In this document: piece after piece, positions 55,481-64,000 of the stretch
Layout of the letters: every line of letters starts with the position of its first letter
How positions within the stretch are numbered: the stretch's first letter is position 1
From: Octopus sinensis
Lineage: Eukaryota
NCBI RefSeq assembly: GCF_006345805.1
Contig: NC_042998.1
Span: 33,728,001 to 33,792,000, forward strand
Direction: 5' to 3'
Length of the DNA stretch: 64,000 nucleotides
Program-made: the position numbers and the translations under genes
Notes under the pieces: model-generated
What the model was told of the DNA's origin: nothing
The model's database searches: none
The model's input: only the letters and a program-made list of their open reading frames with translations

Positions 55481-55886
55481 ACGTAGTTATTTCTTTATGC
55501 AAAATATTATACATCACCATTTGAGGCTTAATCATTATTACAAAGATTTATTTCTAATCATCCTTAAGTGTAAGTTTATAACTGTAACGCCATCACTAAT
55601 TTGTTTTCCTCCGCATGAAGGCATCTCATTATTGAATTTTTCAAGTTAACTCTTCAAATCTTAATCCACACAAATCTTCAACTGCAGTCCTTCTTTAAGA
55701 ATAATCATGTTTTTCTCACTCACAGCGCCTAATTCTTTAATCCCACGCTTATGTGTTGCACAATTTATAAGCATACTTTCCTTCATAACCTCGTATTCAT
55801 ACACTTGCCGGTTAATAATTTCCTGTTTTTTCCGATGAAATGTAAATTTGTAAAATATGGCAGCTTGTATGAAGAAAATGAAATAG

Positions 55887-55940
<54 letters not shown>

Positions 55941-55941
55941 G

Positions 55942-55986
<45 letters not shown>

Positions 55987-56019
55987 GACAGAAAGTGGAA
56001 TGAATGACATATATATATA

Positions 56020-56099
<80 letters not shown>

Positions 56100-56559
56100 A
56101 ACCCCACTGCTCAACTGGCTGGTATTTATTTTATTGACCCCGAAAGGAAGAAAGACAAAGTCAACCTCAGTAGAATTTGAACTCAGAACGTAAAACAGAC
56201 AAAATGCCGCTAAGCATTTTGCATGTTGCGTTAACGATTCTGACATCTCACCGCTTATAATTGTATAATAAAATATAATAATAAAAAAAAAAGCAATCGT
56301 ATTCTAGCGTTTCACTTGCTGACAAATTCAGGGCAGTAGTTTTAATAAAATTAAGATGGAAATGTAATTACAAACGCAATCAAAAATATATTTACATAGT
56401 TCAAATGCAAATGAAATCTATTGACATTTATATACATTTATATACAAAAAATGGCAATCTTATATTCGCAAAAGCTCATATATTAAAAATATATTTATAC
56501 AGAAAGTAGCTATATATCTCACACCACAACCCTGATCAATTTCTAATAAAAAAAAAATT

Positions 56560-57481
56560 ATACATACATACATGTATACATGCTTGCATGCATACATGCG
56601 TACATACATACATGCACACGTACATACATACATACACGTACATACATACATACATACATACATACATACATACATACATACGTACGTACTACATACATAC
56701 ATACATACATGCATACATACGCACATACATACATACATACGTACGTACTACATACATACATGCATACATACGCACATACACACGTACATATATATATATA
56801 TATACATACATATATACATACACACGTACATACATACACACATACATACGTACATACATATATATACACACACATACGTACATGCATACATGCATGCATA
56901 CATACATACATACACACACACATACATACATACATACATACATACATACATACATACACACATACATACATACATACATACATACATACATACATACATA
57001 CATACATCCATCCATCCATCCATACATACATACATCATACATACATACATACATACATACATACATACGTACGTACTACATACATACATACATACATGCA
57101 TACATACGCACATACATACATACATACGTACGTACTACATACATACATGCATACATACGCACATACACACGTACATATATATATATATATACATACATAT
57201 ATACATACACACGTACATACATACACACATACATACGTACATACATATATATACACACACATACGTACATGCATACATGCATGCATACATACATACATAC
57301 ACAACACATACATACATACATAACATACATACATACATACATACATACATACAACATACATACATACATACATACAACATACATACATACATCCATCCAT
57401 CCATCCATACATACATACATACATACATACATAACATACATACATACATACATACATACATACATACATACATACATACAT
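56560..57481. repeat. Compound (ATAC)n array with an internal ~387-bp higher-order duplication
   Basis: Rare variant string CGTACGTACTAC…GCACATACACACGTACATAT recurs at 56681 and 57068. Confidence 0.9.
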
Positions 57482-58337
57482 AGTGTAGTTTCTGGATCTT
57501 TGGCGCTCGAAAAAAATTCGAAGATTCTTTTTAATATATATTTTTAAAAATTAATGCCAGAGAGAGAGAGAGAGTGATGGAAGACCACGCTCTGATGAAT
57601 ACGTGCCAAATTACATAAATTAATTTTGAAGTTCTGTTGATTGATGTTGCAATCAAAGACGAAGCGTTTTTTGAATTTGCTTCATCTAATCACTGGTTGA
57701 AAGAGCTTTTGAAATTTCTTCCTTTTCGTTCTTTCTTCTTTCCCTCCAATTTAGTAAAAGTCTGACAGATTTCTAACGATCATATTATAACTTCCATTTC
57801 AACTTTATCGTTAAAGGACAACCAATTTTCAAGCTTTACCTTTATTTTCCCATCAGGAATTCTATCAAGAATCCCGCTAAATCTTTCTTAACAGAAGTTT
57901 CTGAGCTTGTATTGGGAAAATATGTAACACATATGAACGTAAATAATAAATAATGAACATGCCAAAATATAGTTTAAAAGATATTGTCAAATTTTTATTA
58001 GAATTTCTATACATGCAATAAAGATGGTCACTGCACTTGTAGTGTTAGGTAACATCAGGAACTAACCTCTCTGACCCCTGAGATGTCCTAACCCTCCCGG
58101 GACTCTCTAAAGTACAAAGTTCTCTAATGTTGTCCCTTGCGAGGAGGAGGTTTTATTTGCTACGTGGATGTATGGAATCCGGGTTAAAAAAAAAAAAAAA
58201 AAGATTCGAATTGTGGCTCGTCTGAAGAGAATGATGGCGCGAAATTGGAAAGGATTAGGAAATCATTTGATGCAGGGTTTCGATGTCGGATTTAGTGTTA
58301 TCATGCAGGATGTAGATGGTATCATGTATCTTCGTGT

Positions 58338-58754
58338 AAGGCGGCGAGTTGGCAGAAATGTTAGCGCGCCGGACAAAATGCTTAGCGGTATTTCGCCCGT
58401 CGCTACGTTCTGAGTTCAAATTCCGCCGAGGTCGACTTTGCTTTTCATCCTTTCGGGGTCGATAAATTATGTACCAGTTACGCACTGGGGTCGATGTAAT
58501 CGACTTAATACCTATGTCTGTCTTTGTTTGTCCCCTCTATGTTTAGCCCCTTGTGGGTATTAAAGAAATAGGTATTTCGTCTGCCGTTACGTTCTGAGTT
58601 CAAATTCTGCCGTGGTCGACTTTGCCTTTCATCCTTGCGGGGTCGATAAATTAAGTACCAGTAACGCACTGGGGTCGATTTAATCGACTTAATCCGTCTG
58701 TCTGTCCTTGTTTGTCCTCTCTGTGTTTAGCCCCTTGTGGGTAGTAAAGAAATA
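58338..58754 (+). mobile_element. SINE family A, tail T1, dimer
   Basis: 20-bp TSD GGTATCATGTATCTTCGTGT (58318-58337 / 58755-58774); junction at 58570/58571. Confidence 0.9.
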
Positions 58755-58779
58755 GGTATCATGTATCTTCGTGTTGTCA

Positions 58780-59620
58780 TCACAGGAACGAATCATCCGG
58801 GGAGTTGTATCCGCTGGAGACTACGTGGGAACGCGTGCAGATTAGATCTCATAGACCCTCTATCTATGATGTCAACTAAAGCGATAACGACATCAAGAGC
58901 TACAGACAAAGTAGAAGTCCCAGACAACTTGGCCCTAACGTCAATCAGTCGAACGGCAGCAAAGATAAAGACAAGGGGCTGCAAGGGGAAGAGCCGTGAA
59001 AAAGACGAAGATGAAGAATAAGGAAAGAAGAGTGTAAAAGAAAAGAGAGACGCGCAAAAGAAATACAAAGAGTAAAAGACAAACAACAGAAGCTGAGTCT
59101 ATGTCGACGCCAAGACAGAAAACAGATTCAAAACCATTTAAGAAATGTTCAGAGAGGAATGGTCTTCTGGCTCGATTCACGAGATGAAGTCACATCGTTA
59201 GATAATAACAGGCAGACATAGCAACACACGCGCACAACAAGAAAAAGAGAAAAAAAAGAAATGCTATTTCAGACGCTGTCTGGTTCACCAGACAGCATTT
59301 GCCTGATATGATAGAAAACCAGCGTTGCTTGCAAACTAGGTTGCACATGCAGAGACAGCTATGTAGAACCAAACAAACGAGAAATTCATCTCGGGATATC
59401 GGAATAAAGTCACACCACCCAGTGCAGCGTTTCGACACAGAGTAATATATGTAGAAGAAGCAATAGTCTGAACGGAACACAAAGCTGCCGTGAATCTCTG
59501 AATTGTTGAGGCACACTTTGTTGCAAAAGCAAGACAAAAGTCTAAATCCACCCTGAGCCACCGGAGCGAGCAGGGCGTCAGGATACGCACACATACACAC
59601 ACACACCGATAAACATACAT
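58780..59620 (-). mobile_element. Possible very old CR1-like LINE fragment
   Basis: GTSTLSVALDVVIALVDIIDRG weakly resembles the RT motif VALDISKAFDRV. RNAALGGVTLF weakly resembles the APE GGGV motif. Confidence 0.3.
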
Positions 59621-59749
59621 AGACAGGCATATACACAACTATAGCAAGGCATATCTGTGTATATATGTATACACACACACACAATGTCAATTGTCAACAA
59701 CTCAGAAAGAAAAGGCCACTTGGTATGCATTCAATCTAAGTAATTTATA

Positions 59750-59960
59750 AAGCGGCAAACTAGCAGAATCGTGAACATGCTGGGCAAAATACTTCGCGGC
59801 ATTTCGTCCGTCTTTACGTTCTGAGTTCAAATTCTGCCGAGGTCGACTTTACTTTTCATCCTTTCGGGGTCGATAAAATAAGTACCAGTTGAATACTGGG
59901 GTCGATATTATCGAGTAACCCCTTCCCCGAAATTGCTGGCCTTATGCCAACATTTCAAAC
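59750..59960 (+). mobile_element. SINE family A, tail T3
   Basis: Head plus AAATTGCTGGCCTTATGCCAACATTTCAAACG|AATAT. Confidence 0.75.
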
Positions 59961-60495
59961 GAATATAAGTTATATGGCGGATATACGACGATGGTTGAGA
60001 AAAAAAATCTCTTCTCTCAGCTTACTTGCTTAAAAAAAAAAAAAGAATTAGACAAATAGGTTGAAATGATTTAGCATTTTGTAGTTTCTGTTCGCTTCTG
60101 TTTACGTAAGTCGTAGAATCAACTAAGAGGGTATCACTCTCATCATATTTATTTCACAAAACTAATAAATAAAAGTCTTGAAATTATTTAAGCGCTTTCT
60201 ACCTTCCATACAAACTGAAGCAAGTTCCATAAGTGTTTCATAAACCAGTGATAACAGTATTTGGACTTCTTCTGATGTTACATAACATAAACGCGTATAA
60301 TTATTCTACAATACTATTTACGAAGTATTTCTGACTTGAAACTGAGATAAAACATTGTTGAGTGTATTTAGCTTCTTTATTTATTTTGTCTCGTTTTGGG
60401 GTTTACGTTGAGTTGGGTAGATTCTGATTTCACTTGCCCAAATGTTATCTTTAGCGGTTGTCCTAGAGCACGGGCTCTTTACAATCCGTATAAAC

Positions 60496-60746
60496 CTCGC
60501 TTCTCAACCGGGGTCCATTTAAGATTTTGACGTGAAAATTTATGTACAATAATCTGGTTGCACTTCTATAATTGATAAGGATATTCAAGCAATTTTTCAT
60601 AAATTCCTAAAAATAATATTTAATCATAAAAAACACAATAGAAGTTTTTAGACATTAAATGGCTATAAGCCCCGCCCCCCGCCCACCGAGCAAAATAGAA
60701 ATCAAAGGGATTCATAGATAAAAAAAAATTGGTTGGAAACTACTGC
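60496..60746. mobile_element. Degenerate hAT MITE (related fragments ~1805-1900 and ~29635-29695)
   Basis: CTTCTCAACCGGG…AAGATTTTG..AAAATT(T)ATG block shared with the two other loci; right end GGTTGGAAACTACTG. Confidence 0.45.
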
Positions 60747-60803
60747 TTCACATGTTTGCCAAACCTGCTAGAAACTGCAGTCAATGTATAATGTAGCCTA
60801 GAA

Positions 60804-61391
60804 CAGTGCTACACAAAGTTGTAATCCGCGGACGGGTACCGGTCAGCGAGCCATCAGCTGCCGGTACGTGGCGAGTTTCAGAAAGGAAAGAAACATTATA
60901 AAATGCTTATATTTTTTTTTGTTCTTATTTATGCGCTCTTTTCAAGCCTAACCAGGCTCATGGGCCCGGTTTCCCGGTTTCTGTGACGTATGCGTCCCCC
61001 CCCCCAGTTGCACGGGACGCCAGTCCATCGCAGCGTTACCCAAGAAACAGGAAGAGAGAGTGAGAGAAAGTTGGAGCGAAAGAGTACAACAGGGGTCGCC
61101 ATCCCATCCCCTTGCCGGAGCATCGTGGAACTTTAAGTGTTTTCGCTCAATAAACACACCCAACGCCCGGTCTGGGAATCGAAACCGCGAGTCCGCTGCC
61201 CGAACCACTGGGTCATTGTGCCTCCACTATGTAATATTGTATAAGATAAAAAAAATTGTCAACTTTTATTATATTCATTATATATATTGTTTCCGGTATC
61301 AATAAATATTGATAAGAAATATTACCGGCCCTTGGCACAGTGGGACAAAAAAACTGCCGGTACACCACATCAGATAGTTTGGGGAGCATTG
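60804..61391. mobile_element. hAT MITE with a nested SINE
   Basis: TIRs CAGTGCTACACAAA / TTTGGGGAGCATTG; perfect 8-bp TSD GCCTAGAA. Confidence 0.75.
60920..61225 (-). mobile_element. SINE family D
   Basis: Reverse complement aligns with 25366-25663. Confidence 0.8.
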
Positions 61392-62552
61392 GCCTAGAAT
61401 ACGCTATCTTAAAAATATGACTGAGTGATCATGGATGAATACTTTCGAGCATAGGTCAACTGGAGCAGGGATGACCTGGGGTTAAAACAACGGGTTACAA
61501 TACTTGCCTCCGTGTAGGCTGATAGTATCTTTCCACGACTTTTTCTGAATGGTATTTAAAATAAGCAATAGACAACAAAAAAAAAGGGAGAAAAAAGCAC
61601 CGGGAGAAATGTCATCGACTATTTAACCATATGTAAGACATCCACGATATATTACGTAAATGTTGTGCAACAAACTAAATGACCCAGTTGAAATTTTTTA
61701 TCAGAAAGTATGTATGTAGTACGACTCTAAGACGGCATTTAATCATCTGGTTAAATTTAGCAACTTGAATTCTATAAATCCGGATTTTCGAAGCCAACGA
61801 AATAAATTGTCTGGAAAGCTTTGTGTGTCATTGTAGCAATAGAAAACTTCGGTGTAGTTTCTCAAAAACTTATAAATCTTTTTTGTTGTAATTCTCTTTA
61901 CAGACTGATATAATCGACGGAACTGTCCCTCATATTTTGTTCATGTGTCTGTCGATGTAGTTGTTGTTAATCTTGGTTGTTGTCGATGTATTTTTCATAA
62001 GAATTGGACGCTTAACGAAAGTCATATATTCCAAATGACTTTTCTCTCTTTCTCTTTTCTCTTTTACTTGTTTCAATCATTTGACTGCGGCCATGCTGGA
62101 GCATCGCCTTTGGTCGAGCAAATCGACCCCGGGACTTATTCTTTGTAAGCCCAGTACTTATTCTATCGGTCTCTTTTGCCGAACCGCTAAGTGACGGAGA
62201 CGTAAAGCAGCACTGGTTGTCTAGCAATGCTAGAGGGACAAACACATACAAACATATACACATACAAACACATACAAACATATACACACACATACATACA
62301 TACATATATATACATCAATATGTATATACTCATGCATATATGGGTACAGGACACCACAAAAAAAAAACGTAGAACACAACGAGAAACGAAAACATAAAAC
62401 AAAACAAGGAAACGGACTTTTTTTAACAACGAAAAAACAGAGTACAAGACATACAACACAAGGAACACTCCCCTTCTTCAGCTGCCCATGTTTCGACTTA
62501 TTGCGTGTTTCGAAAGTAAGGGCAGGCCACAACTACTTTGAAACAGTCCTTC

Positions 62553-62768
62553 CCCCATATTTCTTCTGTTGAGATGCTCCGTGTTTCTTTCAATTAATTT
62601 TAAATATAACAAAGAATTTAGTAAAATAACTTAGTTATCATTCAGCTAGTGTTTGGAACATAAATTGTGAATAAGGTTTGGTGGAAGATTTTGATTCAGA
62701 ACTTATGAAAACAAGATATTTGTACAACAGAGCCAGAACCGGTTTCAGTCAGGTTGGTATCAAAAGGG
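62553..62768. mobile_element. Left-truncated tandem copy of the piggyBac-type MITE
   Basis: High similarity to 62800-63020; keeps the right TIR TGGTATCAAAAGGG. Confidence 0.6.
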
Positions 62769-62799
62769 TTTAGAATTTTGTCTCTATTATATATTTTAA

Positions 62800-63020
62800 C
62801 CCTTTTCTTACCATATTTATTTTGAGATGTTCTGTGTTTCTTTCAATTAATTTTAGATATAACAAAGAATTTAGTAAAATAACTTAGTTATAATTAAGCT
62901 AGTGTTAGGAACATAAATTGTGACAAAGGTTTGATGTGAGATTTAATTCATAATTTATGAAAACAAGACATTTATACTACAGAGCCAGTGGCGGTTTCAG
63001 CCGGGTTGGTAACAAAAGGG
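62800..63020. mobile_element. piggyBac-type MITE
   Basis: TTAA|CCCTTTTCTTACCA … TGGTAACAAAAGGG|TTAC. Confidence 0.65.
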
Positions 63021-63524
63021 TTACTACATAAAATCTGCCCATCAAGGTCAAATCAGTCAAGTAAAGCTCACTACTTTACTCATTATTTTGATATCGTATA
63101 AATGAGGAATAAAGTCAAATGTGTGTTAAGCGAAGCAGCAGATCCAACTCGCCAGGAGTTTTAACAATGTTCTATGGTGCTCATACGAAATTATTTATAG
63201 TATCAAACACCAACATACTATTAGCTGTATACTACATTGCGTGACACCCTGTATATATTTCTTTTATGTATGATTTTCTATTCTTAATACAGTAATCTTT
63301 CATAAAGTAATATTTCCCACGTTTACAGCAATTCCCATGTATCTCGCATTAACCACTCTCTGTGATTAATGTTGATTATAATCACTCCATTTCGCATGAG
63401 ACGACAATAACACGGAACGAATGATTTATTTTAAGACTTGTTATCATGTAAGTCAGCATCACATTAGAAAATATTTCCAAGACTCTTCATGTTTTTTTCT
63501 GAAAGAAATATAAAATTGATATGA

Positions 63525-64000
<476 letters not shown>

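Noticed and set aside
63314-63339. Su(H) paired site (SPS)
   Set aside because: The sites are in tandem rather than head-to-head, and the second is non-consensus

Overview
This is an AT-rich, microsatellite-dense animal genomic window. Its SINE and microsatellite landscape fits an octopus or related cephalopod (inferred, not proven). It has one 100-N assembly gap (45367-45466). I recognise one intact protein-coding gene: a single-exon NRARP (Notch-regulated ankyrin repeat protein) on the minus strand at 10001-10339. It sits in a gene desert that carries six perfect CGTGGGAA CSL/Su(H) sites plus a TGTGAGAA site in the likely promoter. The rest is mostly mobile-element debris: five tRNA-derived SINE families, relics of a CR1-type LINE, an RLE (R4-like) LINE, a Gypsy pol and a piggyBac transposase, and hAT, Tc1/mariner, Merlin-like, piggyBac and Helitron-like non-autonomous elements. 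Most listed ORFs are microsatellite or SINE artefacts. Three observations deserve the most attention. (1) Seven minimal hammerhead-ribozyme folds: one with a fully canonical core, and two small dispersed families with an extra A and, in one family, a shared A6U change. (2) A SINE that forms head-to-tail multimers at an identical internal breakpoint and carries interchangeable 3' tails that may track different target sites. (3) A candidate Notch-responsive regulatory landscape around NRARP. All calls were made by eye, and repeat boundaries without target-site duplications (TSDs) are approximate.
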